64,000 nt of DNA from an uncultured Clostridia bacterium (GTDB lineage: Bacteria; Bacillota; Clostridia; Christensenellales; UBA1242), in the NCBI GenBank assembly GCA_944349375.1, contig CALVMV010000002.1, positions 35,448 through 99,447 of the forward strand. The letters are read 5' to 3'. Position numbers and translations under genes: made by a program. This document shows, in pieces, positions 47,534 to 57,394 of the stretch. The notes below the pieces were generated by a model that saw only the letters and a program-made list of their open reading frames with translations, searched no databases and was not told the origin of the DNA. Every line of letters starts with the position of its first letter. The first letter of the stretch is position 1.

Positions 47534-47556
47534 AATTACTCCTTATATTTTAATTA

Positions 47557-48222
47557 TTAATCATCTTTATCTTTTGCGTCTTTATTGATATCATTTTTTT
47601 TCTTAGCATTATTTAGATTATTGTTATTATTACGATCTCTTATTAAAGTTTCTGTCAATTTTTCTTTAAATTCTTCTGTTTCAAAATTATTATCTGCATG
47701 GTCGTTTTTCAATTTTTTTTCTGTTTTGATAGCTTTAACATAATCTAAAATAATATAAATTACAAAAAGTATAACCCCTACGGTAATAGCACAGTCTGCA
47801 ATATTAAATACAGGGAAATCTATAAACTCAAAATTTATGAAGTCCCTAACATATCCAAAAACAATTCTATCATAAAGATTTCCTAAACATCCCCCAACTA
47901 AAAATCCAACAGTAATTGATATTAACACATTATTTTTAGATTTTTCATTATTTATCTTTTTTATATACAACCATAAAATACCAACCAAAATTAAAACGGA
48001 AATTATAATAAGAAAATACATCTGACCACTTAAAATTCCCCAACTTGCTCCTTTATTTTGTACATGAACAAAATTAATAAAGCCATCAATAAAAGGAGCT
48101 ACATCACCCACTTGTGGAATAAGAGTTGGAATTAAAATATATTTTGTTAACATATCAAAAAGTAAAACAAAAAAGGTAATCGAAATTACTAAAAAATATG
48201 TTTTAAAAAAATTATTCTTCAA
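47557..48222 (-). CDS. lspA: Lipoprotein signal peptidase II with a ~60-aa charged C-terminal extension
   Basis: Motifs GASWGIL, NLYDRIVFGYVRDF and FNIADCAITVG. The tail is Asn/Lys/Asp-rich. TTG start with GGAGGG 9 nt upstream. Overlaps sepF by 11 nt. Confidence 0.85.
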   Translation of the reverse strand: MKNNFFKTYFLVISITFFVLLFDMLTKYILIPTLIPQVGDVAPFIDGFINFVHVQNKGASWGILSGQMYFLIIISVLILVGILWLYIKKINNEKSKNNVLISITVGFLVGGCLGNLYDRIVFGYVRDFINFEFIDFPVFNIADCAITVGVILFVIYIILDYVKAIKTEKKLKNDHADNNFETEEFKEKLTETLIRDRNNNNNLNNAKKKNDINKDAKDKDD

Positions 48223-48577
48223 TTTCCATACCCTCCGGCAAATATAAGAAAAGCTTACCAGTTTCTATTTCATGCTGAGATGCTGAAAGAGCAAAACAAA
48301 CTCCTTCAAAATAACTTATAACTCTTTCTGATAAATCTTTTTCGCAATATTCTATAGATATTATTAAAGGATTACCCTTCTTCAAAATTTCAGCAAAATC
48401 TTTAACTTGCAAAAAACTTTCAGGATAATAAACAGGGATACCATCTATTTCTTCTGCCCTTGACTTTATTTTTCCATCTTTTATCTTAAAACTTGCTTTC
48501 GTTTTGTTCTTTTTAGGCTTAACTTTTTCTTCATTTTCAAATCCAAAAGCTTTAAATATTTTACCAATTATTCCCAT
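48212..48577 (-). CDS. sepF: Cell division protein SepF (short form)
   Basis: 121 aa. The C-terminal domain PVYYPESFLQVKDFAEILKKGNPLIISIEYCEKDLSERVISYFEGVCFALSASQHEIETGKLFLYLP fits the SepF/DUF552 pattern. Confidence 0.7.
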   Translation of the reverse strand: MGIIGKIFKAFGFENEEKVKPKKNKTKASFKIKDGKIKSRAEEIDGIPVYYPESFLQVKDFAEILKKGNPLIISIEYCEKDLSERVISYFEGVCFALSASQHEIETGKLFLYLPEGMEIEE

Positions 48578-48740
48578 AATTCCACCTTTGAATAATTATA
48601 TCACAAAATTTTTAAATATAAAAACAAAAATTATTTAAATTTTTATAACCTATATTTTTAACAATTAACTAAAATTTGAAAAAATATAAAAAATATAATT
48701 ATTTAAATATAAGAAACACAGTAATATTTTTTATTAAAAA

Positions 48741-48777
48741 GCAAAAAAAAGATTATGCAAAACGCACAATCTTTTTT
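48741..48777 (-). terminator. Strong Rho-independent terminator after tuf
   Basis: Minus strand: AAAAAGAUUGUGC-GUUUU-GCAUAAUCUUUUU (13 bp including one G-U pair) followed by a T-run. Confidence 0.75.
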
Positions 48778-48792
48778 AAATATTTATAAATA

Positions 48793-49995
48793 TTATTCAA
48801 TGATTGTTGAAACAACCCCAGAACCAACTGTTCTTCCGCCTTCACGAATAGCGAAACGAAGTCCTTGTTCGATAGCGATAGGATTGATAAGAGTGATAGT
48901 CATCTTAACATGGTCGCCAGGCATAACCATTTCAACACCTTTTTCAAGTTCAATAACACCAGTGATATCTGTTGTTCTGAAATAGAATTGAGGTCTATAT
49001 CCGTTAAAGAATGGAGTATGACGTCCGCCTTCTTCTTTCTTTAATACATAAACTTCAGCAGTGAATTTAGTGTGTGGGTGAATTGAACCTGGTTTGCAAA
49101 GAACTTGTCCTCTTTCGATATCTGTTCTTTGGATACCACGAAGAAGAAGACCAGCATTATCTCCTGCAATAGCAGCATCAAGAGATTTATGGAACATTTC
49201 AACCCCTGTAATAACAGTTTGTTTAGAAGCTCCAAGTCCTACGATTTCAACAGTATCACCAACTTTTACAGAACCTCTTTCAACTCTACCAGTTGCAACA
49301 GTTCCACGACCAGTAATTGTGAAAACGTCTTCAACAGGCATAAGGAAAGGTTTATCTGTTTCTCTTTGAGGTTCAGGGATATAAGAATCAAGAGCATCAA
49401 GAAGTTCTTGGATGCAGTTGCAAGAAGCATCAGCTACATTACCAGCTTGAGCAGCTTCCAAAGCTTTTAAAGCTGAACCTTTGATGATAGGAGTTTTATC
49501 TCCAGGGAAACCATATTCAGTAAGAAGATCTCTGATTTCCATTTCAACAAGTTCAAGAAGTTCAGGATCATCAACTTGATCAGTTTTGTTCATAAATACA
49601 ACGATGTAAGGAACACCAACTTGTCTAGCAAGAAGGATATGTTCTCTAGTTTGAGGCATAGGACCATCTGTTGCAGCAACAACAAGGATAGCGCCATCCA
49701 TTTGAGCAGCACCAGTAATCATGTTTTTAACATAGTCTGCGTGTCCTGGGCAGTCTACGTGAGCGTAGTGACGTTTGTCAGTTTCGTATTCAACGTGAGC
49801 TGTATTGATAGTAATACCTCTAGCTTTTTCTTCTGGGGCTTTATCAATTTCGTCATATCTCATTTTTTGTGCAAAACCCTTAGCAGCTGAATACATAGTA
49901 ATAGCAGCAGTAAGAGTAGTTTTGCCGTGGTCAACGTGACCAATAGTTCCAACGTTTACATGTGGTTTTTTTCTTTCATAAACACCAATAGCCAT
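48793..49995 (-). CDS. tuf: Elongation factor Tu
   Basis: 400 aa. Motifs [18 protein letters not shown] and NKTD. Full-length conservation. RBS AAGGAG. Confidence 0.98.
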   Translation of the reverse strand: MAIGVYERKKPHVNVGTIGHVDHGKTTLTAAITMYSAAKGFAQKMRYDEIDKAPEEKARGITINTAHVEYETDKRHYAHVDCPGHADYVKNMITGAAQMDGAILVVAATDGPMPQTREHILLARQVGVPYIVVFMNKTDQVDDPELLELVEMEIRDLLTEYGFPGDKTPIIKGSALKALEAAQAGNVADASCNCIQELLDALDSYIPEPQRETDKPFLMPVEDVFTITGRGTVATGRVERGSVKVGDTVEIVGLGASKQTVITGVEMFHKSLDAAIAGDNAGLLLRGIQRTDIERGQVLCKPGSIHPHTKFTAEVYVLKKEEGGRHTPFFNGYRPQFYFRTTDITGVIELEKGVEMVMPGDHVKMTITLINPIAIEQGLRFAIREGGRTVGSGVVSTIIE

Positions 49996-50029
49996 TTTAA
50001 AAAATCTCCTTTTTTTGTTTTACTACGAT

Positions 50030-50057
50030 ATGATAACATATTTTTTTTAAAAAGCAA
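50030..50057 (-). promoter_or_regulatory. Candidate internal promoter for tuf in the fusA-tuf spacer
   Basis: Minus strand: TTGCTT (50057-50052), a 16-nt spacer, then TGT-TATCAT (extended -10, 50035-50030). Overlaps a small GCAAA/TTTGC hairpin. Confidence 0.35.
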
Positions 50058-50130
50058 AATGATTTTGCGTTATTTTTTTTAATTTTGTAGAAAATTCAAT
50101 TTATTTAAAACAAAAATTATAAATAACTTT

Positions 50131-52203
50131 TTATTTCTTAGCTCTTTCACCAATAATAGTTTGAGCAATAGATTTAGGAACTTCTTGATATTTAAGAGGT
50201 TCCATTACATAGTTACCTCTACCTTGAGTTTGAGAACGAAGGTCAGTTGCATAACCAAACATTTCAGCAAGAGGAACTTCTGCATTTACTATTTGAATAC
50301 CTGCTGAAGATTCTGTACCAGTAAGCATACCCCTACGAGATGTAAGGTTACCCATAACTGTTCCCAAGTATTCATCAGGAACTTCAACAGAAACTTTCAT
50401 TATAGGTTCCAATAAAACAGTGTCAGCTTTTTTAGCACCATCTTGGAAAGCCATAGAACCAGCGATTTTGAAAGCCATTTCAGAAGAGTCAACTTCGTGA
50501 TAAGAACCATCAACCAAAGTAACTCTAAAGTCAACAGTTTCATATCCAGCAAGAACACCATTCATTCTAGCTTCATTGATACCATTATTGATAGGTTGGA
50601 TATATTCTTTAGGAACAGAACCACCAACTGTTTTATCAACAAATTGATAGCCTTCACCTGGAGCAAGAGGTTCCATTTCAATAATACAATGTCCGTATTG
50701 ACCTTTACCACCAGATTGTCTGATAAATTTTCCTTCAGCTCTAACTGCTTTCTTGATAGCTTCACGATAAGAAACTTGAGGTTTACCAACAGTTGCTTCA
50801 ACTTTAAATTCTCTTAAAAGTCTGTCAACAATGATTTCAAGGTGTAATTCACCCATACCAGCAATCAAAGTTTGACCTGTTTCTTGGTTAGTGCTAACTC
50901 TAAAAGAAGGGTCTTCTCTAGAAAGTTTAGCTAAAGCCAATGCCATTTTTTCTTGCATATCTTTAGTTTTAGGTTCAATAGCAAGTTGAATAACAGGTTC
51001 TGGGAAATCCATACTTTCAAGTTGAATAGGATGTTTTTCATCGCATAAAGTATGTCCTGTTATTGTATCTTTAAGACCAACAATAGCAGCAATATCCCCT
51101 GCCCCTACTTCTGTGATTTCTTGTCTGTTGTTAGCATGCATTCTTATTAAACGACCAACTCTTTCTGTTTTGCCATTATTAGAATTGTAAACATAAGATC
51201 CAGCAGTAAGTTTTCCACTATAAACACGGAAGAAAGTCAATCCACCAACATATGGGTCAGTCATGATTTTAAATGCAAGGCCAGCAAGTGGTGCATTTTC
51301 ATCAGGAGCTCTATCTTCTTCTTCTCCAGTATCAGGATTAATACCTTTGATATGATCAATATCTAAAGGACTAGGCAGATATTCAACCATTGCATCTAAT
51401 AGCATTTGAACACCCTTATTCTTGTATGAAGAACCACAAAGAACAGGTACTAAAGCCTTGCTAATTGTAGCCTTTCTTATAGCTTTTTTAAGTTCATCAA
51501 GAGAAATTTTTTCTCCTTCAAAATATCTTTCAAGCAAAGCATCATCAGTTTCAACGATTTTTTCAATCATCTTATTGTGTTCTTCTTCAGCTTTAGCCTT
51601 TAATTCAGCTGGGATATCAGTAACTTCAATTTCCTTACCCATATCATCCTTATATATTTCAGCCTTCATTGTAAGAAGGTCAATAATACCTGTAAAAGTA
51701 TCAGCTTCTCCAATAGGCATCTGTATAGGTAATGGATTAGTTTTTAATCTTCTTTGAATAGACTCTACACAGCCAAAAAAGTCAGCTGCATCTCTATCCA
51801 TTTTGTTAACATAGATAATAGTAGGTACTTTATATTTGTTAGATTGACGCCAAACAGTTTCTGTTTGAGGTTGAACCTTGTCACGAGCAGAAAGAACTAA
51901 AACAGCACCATCAAGAACTTTTAAAGAACGCTCAACTTCAATTGTGAAGTCAACGTGTCCAGGAGTATCAATGATGTTAATTTTATGACCTTTCCAAGAA
52001 CAAGTAGTACAAGCAGAAGTAATAGTAATACCTCTTTCTTGTTCTTGCGCCATCCAATCCATTGTAGCTGCGCCATCATGAACTTCACCTATTTTGTGGC
52101 TTTTACCAGTGTAATACAAAATACGTTCAGTTGTAGTAGTTTTACCAGCATCAATGTGGGCCATAATACCGACATTTCTAGTTAATTCTAGATTGTTTGC
52201 CAT
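50131..52203 (-). CDS. fusA: Elongation factor G
   Basis: 690 aa. Motifs [20 protein letters not shown] and NKMD. Full-length conservation. Confidence 0.98.
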   Translation of the reverse strand: MANNLELTRNVGIMAHIDAGKTTTTERILYYTGKSHKIGEVHDGAATMDWMAQEQERGITITSACTTCSWKGHKINIIDTPGHVDFTIEVERSLKVLDGAVLVLSARDKVQPQTETVWRQSNKYKVPTIIYVNKMDRDAADFFGCVESIQRRLKTNPLPIQMPIGEADTFTGIIDLLTMKAEIYKDDMGKEIEVTDIPAELKAKAEEEHNKMIEKIVETDDALLERYFEGEKISLDELKKAIRKATISKALVPVLCGSSYKNKGVQMLLDAMVEYLPSPLDIDHIKGINPDTGEEEDRAPDENAPLAGLAFKIMTDPYVGGLTFFRVYSGKLTAGSYVYNSNNGKTERVGRLIRMHANNRQEITEVGAGDIAAIVGLKDTITGHTLCDEKHPIQLESMDFPEPVIQLAIEPKTKDMQEKMALALAKLSREDPSFRVSTNQETGQTLIAGMGELHLEIIVDRLLREFKVEATVGKPQVSYREAIKKAVRAEGKFIRQSGGKGQYGHCIIEMEPLAPGEGYQFVDKTVGGSVPKEYIQPINNGINEARMNGVLAGYETVDFRVTLVDGSYHEVDSSEMAFKIAGSMAFQDGAKKADTVLLEPIMKVSVEVPDEYLGTVMGNLTSRRGMLTGTESSAGIQIVNAEVPLAEMFGYATDLRSQTQGRGNYVMEPLKYQEVPKSIAQTIIGERAKK

Positions 52204-52268
52204 ATTTTTCTCCTATTAAAATTAAATTTGTTTTAATAAATATTCTTTAATAAACTAAAGATAATTTA

Positions 52269-52742
52269 TTACCATTTGAAATGAGCAAAAGCTTTATTAG
52301 CTTCAGCCATTCTGTGCATTTCATCACGTTTTTTGATTGCTCCACCAGTAGAATTGAAAGCATCAATAATTTCGCCAGCAAGTCTAGCTTGCATTCCTCT
52401 TTCGCCTGTTCTTTTTCTAGCAAAAGTAACAAGCCAACGAATAGCAAGAGTTTGTCTTCTATCAGGTCTAATTTCCATAGGAACTTGATAAGTAGCTCCT
52501 CCAACTCTTCTTGACTTAGTTTCAAGCACTGGTTTAACATTTTCAAGTGCAGTTAAGAAAACCTCTAAAGGTTCTTGTTCTAATTTTTCTTTAATTATGT
52601 CAAAAGCTCCATAAACAATTCTTTGAGCAAGTCCTTTTTTACCAGACTCCATAACTTGGTTAACAAGTTTTGTAACAACTTTGCTCTTATAAATTGGATC
52701 TGGGAGAACATCTTTTTTGACAGCACAATTTCTTCTTGGCAT
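52269..52742 (-). CDS. rpsG: 30S ribosomal protein S7
   Basis: 157 aa: [28 protein letters not shown]...[10 protein letters not shown]. Confidence 0.97.
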   Translation of the reverse strand: MPRRNCAVKKDVLPDPIYKSKVVTKLVNQVMESGKKGLAQRIVYGAFDIIKEKLEQEPLEVFLTALENVKPVLETKSRRVGGATYQVPMEIRPDRRQTLAIRWLVTFARKRTGERGMQARLAGEIIDAFNSTGGAIKKRDEMHRMAEANKAFAHFKW

Positions 52743-52796
52743 AATAATTTTCTCCTTTTAATATAATTTTAAAATTTTTTTTAAAGCAAAGTTAAA

Positions 52797-53177
52797 TTAC
52801 TTTGTTTTCTTTGGACGCTTAGCGCCATATTTTGAACGACCTTGTTTTCTGTTTTGAACACCAGCAGTATCAAGAGTTCCACGAATAATGTGATATCTTA
52901 CACCAGGTAAGTCCCTAACTCTTCCGCCTCTTACAAGAACAACACTGTGCTCTTGAAGATTGTGCCCAATTCCAGGAATGTAGCAAGTTCCTTCTTGACC
53001 ATTTGAAAGTTTAACTCTAGCGATTTTTCTTAAAGCAGAGTTAGGTTTCTTAGGTGTAGCAGTTCTAACAGATAAGCAAACACCTCTTTTTTGAGGACAT
53101 TCTTCCAAAAGTGGAGCTTTGGATTTTTTCTCAAAAGTTTCTCTACCCTTTCTAACAAGTTGGTTTATTGTAGGCAT
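52797..53177 (-). CDS. rpsL: 30S ribosomal protein S12
   Basis: 126 aa: [13 protein letters not shown]...[19 protein letters not shown]...[19 protein letters not shown]. Confidence 0.97.
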   Translation of the reverse strand: MPTINQLVRKGRETFEKKSKAPLLEECPQKRGVCLSVRTATPKKPNSALRKIARVKLSNGQEGTCYIPGIGHNLQEHSVVLVRGGRVRDLPGVRYHIIRGTLDTAGVQNRKQGRSKYGAKRPKKTK

Positions 53178-53222
53178 TGTTTTCTCCTTTTAACTCAAAT
53201 ACTTGAGAATATATTTTTGTCG

Positions 53223-53262
53223 AATAAAAAGCACGACCAGTTTGTAAACTGTTGTCGTGCAC
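53223..53262 (-). promoter_or_regulatory. Terminator-like hairpin inside the rpsL 5' leader (candidate attenuator)
   Basis: Minus strand: GCACGAC-AA-CAGU...ACUG-GUCGUGC (7 bp plus 4 bp) followed by UUUUUAUU. The T-run ends about 45 nt upstream of the rpsL ATG and lies downstream of the predicted promoter. Confidence 0.5.
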
Positions 53263-53433
53263 GAAAAATGCTTTTCTTTTTTGTAAAACATGAACAACAC
53301 GATTGCAATCATGCAACTCCGCAAAAGCGAATCGGCGATTAAGGGAAATCAAGTATAAAAATCACCTGCTGTTTGTTTATGCTTATCCTTTGAGAATAAA
53401 GCACTGCCTCCGACAACGAAGCATACATGACTA

Positions 53434-53461
53434 ATTATATAGATTTGCAAAGTTTTGTCAA
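53434..53461 (-). promoter_or_regulatory. Consensus sigma-A promoter of the str operon
   Basis: Minus strand: TTGACA (53461-53456), a 16-nt spacer, then TATAAT (53439-53434). This predicts a leader of about 250 nt before rpsL. Confidence 0.6.
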
Positions 53462-53599
53462 GTTATTTTTGTAATTTTATAATTTATTTTTCAATTTTTT
53501 TAATAACTATTTTATAAACACTCTTTAGACAAAAAACATTAAATTTATAATCTTTAACACTTTTTACAACTTTATGACCACAGATTAAGCCATTATTAA

Positions 53600-53640
53600 A
53601 AATAAAAAAATGTTTGAAGATAAATCAAACATTTTTTCTT
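53600..53640 (-). terminator. Rho-independent terminator after the 385-aa hypothetical gene
   Basis: Minus strand: AAAAATGTTTGA-TTTATCT-TCAAACATTTTT followed by a T-run, about 10 nt after the stop at 53650. Confidence 0.7.
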
Positions 53641-53649
53641 TCATTGCAG

Positions 53650-54807
53650 CTATTTATTTTTAGACTCCATCTCTTGAGAATATATATTTCCAGTAAATGT
53701 TTTACAAGCTTCCAAAATTTGCACATCATTTTCTATTGAAATAAACATATTTTGAACTTTTTCTTTTATTGCCACAAAATCGTTTTCATCACAGCTCTCT
53801 AATAAAGATTGAGTATCTGCCAAATTATTTGATAAAGAAGCCATACGAGAATTTGTAATTTCAATCAATTCTTGCCCACCATTGTAATTTAAAATACCTT
53901 CTATTATACCACCTCGTTCATTACTACTGCTTACAATTTCAATAATGCTTGGATCTGTAAAGACTTTATCAGCAAGAATAATTTGTGCTCTTTTCATATA
54001 TGACTGAAGCGTATTTTTTGCTTCATCTAAATCTTTAAGATTATGGCTTGCATTGATTTCTTTTATTTTTCCGATAAATCCCACAACAAGACCTATATCC
54101 TGCTTAATATTTTCAGAAATTTCCTTTAATTGTTTAATATGTTCATCACAACCTAAACCTACAGCTTCACGAATTTGTATATTCTCTACAAGGCCATTTT
54201 CTTCTTCAAACGCAGTATTAATTTTTACCACAAGATCATCTAGCATTTCGCAGAACCCTTCACTTGTTGAGAAATTTCCTCCCATCCAAGTCATTGGAGA
54301 ACAGTTTATCTGCTGATAATTCTGGTCAATAAGAACTAGATCCTTTTGGCTAAAATCTTTTATTCCTTTTATATTAGCAGAATAAATTTCTTTTACATAA
54401 TTCATAGCCCCTTTGTCACGTTCAAAAACATCTAGCACATCCTCTATTTGTTTTAAATTAACAGCTTTAGAATTCGATGCTTCCAAATATTCTGAGTAAA
54501 TTGTTTGTTCATCAAAACTATAATCACTCACATTATTTACAGATTCAACTATTGCTGCAACGCTTAAAGCTGACACAGGTATAGCAGCTCCTGCAGCAAT
54601 ATAACCTACCTTTCCGGCCCAATTTTTGCTTTTAAATTTATTTTTAAAATCTTGAAAATATATATCTGCAGCTATTCTAAATTCTTGCCACTTAGAAAAT
54701 CTTTTTGTTTCCTTTAATGATTCATTGCTAGCAAGCTCAACATCTGTGCGACGATTTTTAATTTTTCCCTTAATATAATTCATTAAACCACTTTTCTTTT
54801 TTCCCAT
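53650..54807 (-). CDS. Hypothetical membrane-anchored protein
   Basis: 385 aa from the ATG at 54807 (the track adds 18 codons). Basic N-terminus, one TM helix (VGYIAAGAAIPVSALSVAAIV), then a ~290-aa helical-looking domain. No motif I recognise. Confidence 0.6.
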   Translation of the reverse strand: MGKKKSGLMNYIKGKIKNRRTDVELASNESLKETKRFSKWQEFRIAADIYFQDFKNKFKSKNWAGKVGYIAAGAAIPVSALSVAAIVESVNNVSDYSFDEQTIYSEYLEASNSKAVNLKQIEDVLDVFERDKGAMNYVKEIYSANIKGIKDFSQKDLVLIDQNYQQINCSPMTWMGGNFSTSEGFCEMLDDLVVKINTAFEEENGLVENIQIREAVGLGCDEHIKQLKEISENIKQDIGLVVGFIGKIKEINASHNLKDLDEAKNTLQSYMKRAQIILADKVFTDPSIIEIVSSSNERGGIIEGILNYNGGQELIEITNSRMASLSNNLADTQSLLESCDENDFVAIKEKVQNMFISIENDVQILEACKTFTGNIYSQEMESKNK

Positions 54808-54883
54808 CTTAACAACCCTTTTAACTAAGCCTATTATAGCACAAAATAAGAGAGATGTCAATATGTGTTATTATTGAACATCC

Positions 54884-55318
54884 TTATTTTTCAATTTCTT
54901 CACTTTCGATATTAATATTTTTTTCGTTTAAAGGCATTTCTTCTTCAGAGTTTTTTACTCCTACATTTTCATCAAACATCTTTTCTTTTTCTGCAATAGC
55001 TTTTTTCTTTTCTATTTCTGCTTTTAATTGTTTTTCTAGTTGCTCGATAAAAATTTTATAATTAGAAACACTCATTGCATTTTTAAAAGTTTTCCAAACT
55101 CCAGCCAAAGCACCTAAAGCAGTAAAACCAACTATCCAATTCCCCTCGCAAGTTGTTTGTGCAAATTGATATAAGTATCCCCCTAGTAACAAACTAAATA
55201 AAAAAATGCAAGCACCACCAAATGATCGTTTTAAACATTCAATGCCTCTTCTATTAGCCACTTTTAATCGTTCTTCAGTATTTTTTATAACACTTTCAAT
55301 ATTTTCTCTATTTTCCAT
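54884..55318 (-). CDS. Hypothetical two-TM membrane protein with a Lys/Glu-rich tail
   Basis: 144 aa. RBS GAGGT. TM helices GGACIFLFSLLLGGYLY and WIVGFTALGALAGVW. Confidence 0.6.
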   Translation of the reverse strand: MENRENIESVIKNTEERLKVANRRGIECLKRSFGGACIFLFSLLLGGYLYQFAQTTCEGNWIVGFTALGALAGVWKTFKNAMSVSNYKIFIEQLEKQLKAEIEKKKAIAEKEKMFDENVGVKNSEEEMPLNEKNINIESEEIEK

Positions 55319-55392
55319 AATTTACCTCGAGCAAAATAATACCATAATTTGTAAATCTTGTCAATATTAAAAATTAAATTTACATCGTTTTA

Positions 55393-55436
55393 AATAAAAA
55401 CACAAAAGGCTTTGTTTTTGCAAAGCCTTTTTGTGT
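55393..55436 (-). terminator. Rho-independent terminator after ligA
   Basis: Minus strand: a stem of about 14 bp, CACAAAAAGGCTTTG/CAAAGCCTTTTGTG (one bulged base), followed by a T-run. Confidence 0.75.
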
Positions 55437-57385
55437 TATTTTATCATTTTGTTAAAGTCTTGTTCACTAATTATTGTTAAATTTAATTGTTTTGCTTTAT
55501 CAAGCTTACTACCTGCATCTTCTCCCACTAAAACATAATCTGTGTTCTTTGAAACGGAACTAGAGCATTTGCCACCATGCTTTTCAATAATTTTTTCTAT
55601 TTCTTTCCTAGGTCTTGACAAAGCACCTGTCAAAACGAAGGTTTTACCCTCAAATCGCAAATTCGTTAAATTCTCTAAATTTTCTTTTATTTTAATACCC
55701 TGCTTAAATAAATCTTCAATTTCTTTCAAATTATTTTTATCTCTAAAAAACTGGTAAATATTGTTTGCAATAACTTCGCCAATGTCTTGCACCTGCAAAA
55801 GTTCATTTATATCAGCCCTTTCAAGATTTTCAAATGTTTTAAAATGTTTTACTAAATCTTTTGCAGTTTTTATACCTACTTCTTCAATACCTAACGAAAA
55901 AATAAATTTTGCCAAATCCACATTTTTACTTTTTTCTAGTGAAGAAAGCACATTACTTGCCTTTTTGTCTTTAAAATTTTCTAAAGTCAATAATTGTTCT
56001 TTTGTAATCTTATACAAATCACCTAATTCATGTACATCAAAATTGTCATAGAAAGCTTGTATTGTTTTTCCAGACAAGCCTTCTATATTCATAGCTTCTC
56101 TACTTGCAAAATGGACAAGCCTATCAATAACTTGAGCTGGACAATCAAAATGGTTTGGACAAAACAACAACGGTCCTTTTAATATTAATTTACTTGAGCA
56201 AACAGGACAAACTTTTGGTAATTCAATCTTTTGACTATCATCATATTTTTCAGCAAGTCCCATGACTTCTGGTATTACTTCGTTACTTCTTCTGACAAAA
56301 ACTCGAGCCTTTTTATAAAGATTTTTTCTATTTATATCCTCGATATTATTTAATGTAGCTCTGCTTATCGTCGCTCCAGCAAGTTCTACAGGTTCCAAAA
56401 TTGCAATAGGTGTAACCCTGCCTGTCCTCCCAACTTGCCATACAACATCATTTAGCATTGTTGATACTTCCATAGCTTCAAACTTAAAAGCTACTGCCCA
56501 TTTAGGAAATTTTGCAGTATAGCCAATTTCTTCCCTAGGAGAAACTTTATTTATTTTTATAACCATACCATCTATCAAAACATCTAATTTGCTCTTTACC
56601 TTATCAACTTCTTTGATATTTTGTATGATCTCTTCAACAGATGAGCAAATTTTAAAATAATCTCCTGTTTTAAAACCATTATCTTCAAGAAAATCATGCA
56701 TTTGTTTTTGTGTTTGAAAATCTTTCCCTTCACATTTTAAAATAGAATAGCAAAAATAATCTAACTTTCTTTTCGCAGTTTCTTTTGGATCTAGATTTCT
56801 TACTGCACCTGCCGCGGCATTTCTAGGATTCTTTAATTTTTCAACAGCCGTTTTGTTGTATAATTCAAAATTTTTATTTGTCATCATACATTCGCCTTGA
56901 ACAATCAATTTCCCTTCAAAATTAATTTTTAAAGGGACAGATTTTATAGTTTTAACTTGCAAAGTTACATCTTCTCCAACTATTCCATTTCCCCTAGTAG
57001 TAGCAGATACAAAAAGCCCTTTGTCATATTCAAGAACCATTTGCAAACCATCAAACTTGTATTCTAATGCAAAATCCGTCCCTTTTGCTAAATCTTTCAT
57101 ATCTTTAGCCCAATCACGCAGATCATCAAAATCTCGAACTTTATTTAAAGAATATAAATTTACTTCATGTCTTTTCTTTGTAAAGCCCTCAAGAACTTGA
57201 TCCCCAACTCTTTGAGTAGGAGAGAAAGGTAAAATAACACCCGTTTCTTTTTCTAAATCAACAAGTTGATAATAAAGCTTGTCATATTCTCTATCAGAAA
57301 TAGTTGGATTATCCAAAACATAATAGTTGTAATTATGCTTCTCGATTTCTTTAATCAAAGCTTTCATTTGCTCTATTTTGTCCAT
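55436..57385 (-). CDS. ligA: NAD-dependent DNA ligase
   Basis: 649 aa. Adenylation motif EYKFDGLQM (KxDG), Zn finger CPVCSSKL...CPNHFDCPAQ, HhH region, and a C-terminal BRCT (FVLTGAL...). Confidence 0.95.
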   Translation of the reverse strand: MDKIEQMKALIKEIEKHNYNYYVLDNPTISDREYDKLYYQLVDLEKETGVILPFSPTQRVGDQVLEGFTKKRHEVNLYSLNKVRDFDDLRDWAKDMKDLAKGTDFALEYKFDGLQMVLEYDKGLFVSATTRGNGIVGEDVTLQVKTIKSVPLKINFEGKLIVQGECMMTNKNFELYNKTAVEKLKNPRNAAAGAVRNLDPKETAKRKLDYFCYSILKCEGKDFQTQKQMHDFLEDNGFKTGDYFKICSSVEEIIQNIKEVDKVKSKLDVLIDGMVIKINKVSPREEIGYTAKFPKWAVAFKFEAMEVSTMLNDVVWQVGRTGRVTPIAILEPVELAGATISRATLNNIEDINRKNLYKKARVFVRRSNEVIPEVMGLAEKYDDSQKIELPKVCPVCSSKLILKGPLLFCPNHFDCPAQVIDRLVHFASREAMNIEGLSGKTIQAFYDNFDVHELGDLYKITKEQLLTLENFKDKKASNVLSSLEKSKNVDLAKFIFSLGIEEVGIKTAKDLVKHFKTFENLERADINELLQVQDIGEVIANNIYQFFRDKNNLKEIEDLFKQGIKIKENLENLTNLRFEGKTFVLTGALSRPRKEIEKIIEKHGGKCSSSVSKNTDYVLVGEDAGSKLDKAKQLNLTIISEQDFNKMIK

Positions 57386-57394
57386 TATCCCCTC

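Noticed and set aside
48755-52185. Many plus-strand ORFs (60-124 aa) antisense to tuf and fusA in the ORF track
   Set aside because: They overlap full-length, highly conserved EF-Tu and EF-G genes. They lack RBSs and have low-complexity Ser/Phe/Ile-rich translations, typical of the antisense frame of codon-biased genes.
53091-53352. 83-aa plus-strand and 66-aa minus-strand ORFs upstream of rpsL
   Set aside because: They lie within the predicted structured leader. They have no RBS, they overlap the rpsL start and the terminator-like hairpin, and their sequences are not protein-like.
53341-53430. Relatively GC-rich segment considered as a stand-alone small RNA (SRP, 6S or tRNA-like)
   Set aside because: I could not find SRP domain IV, tRNA cloverleaf or 6S hallmarks. 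It lies immediately downstream of the str promoter, so it is better explained as the 5' part of the rpsL leader.
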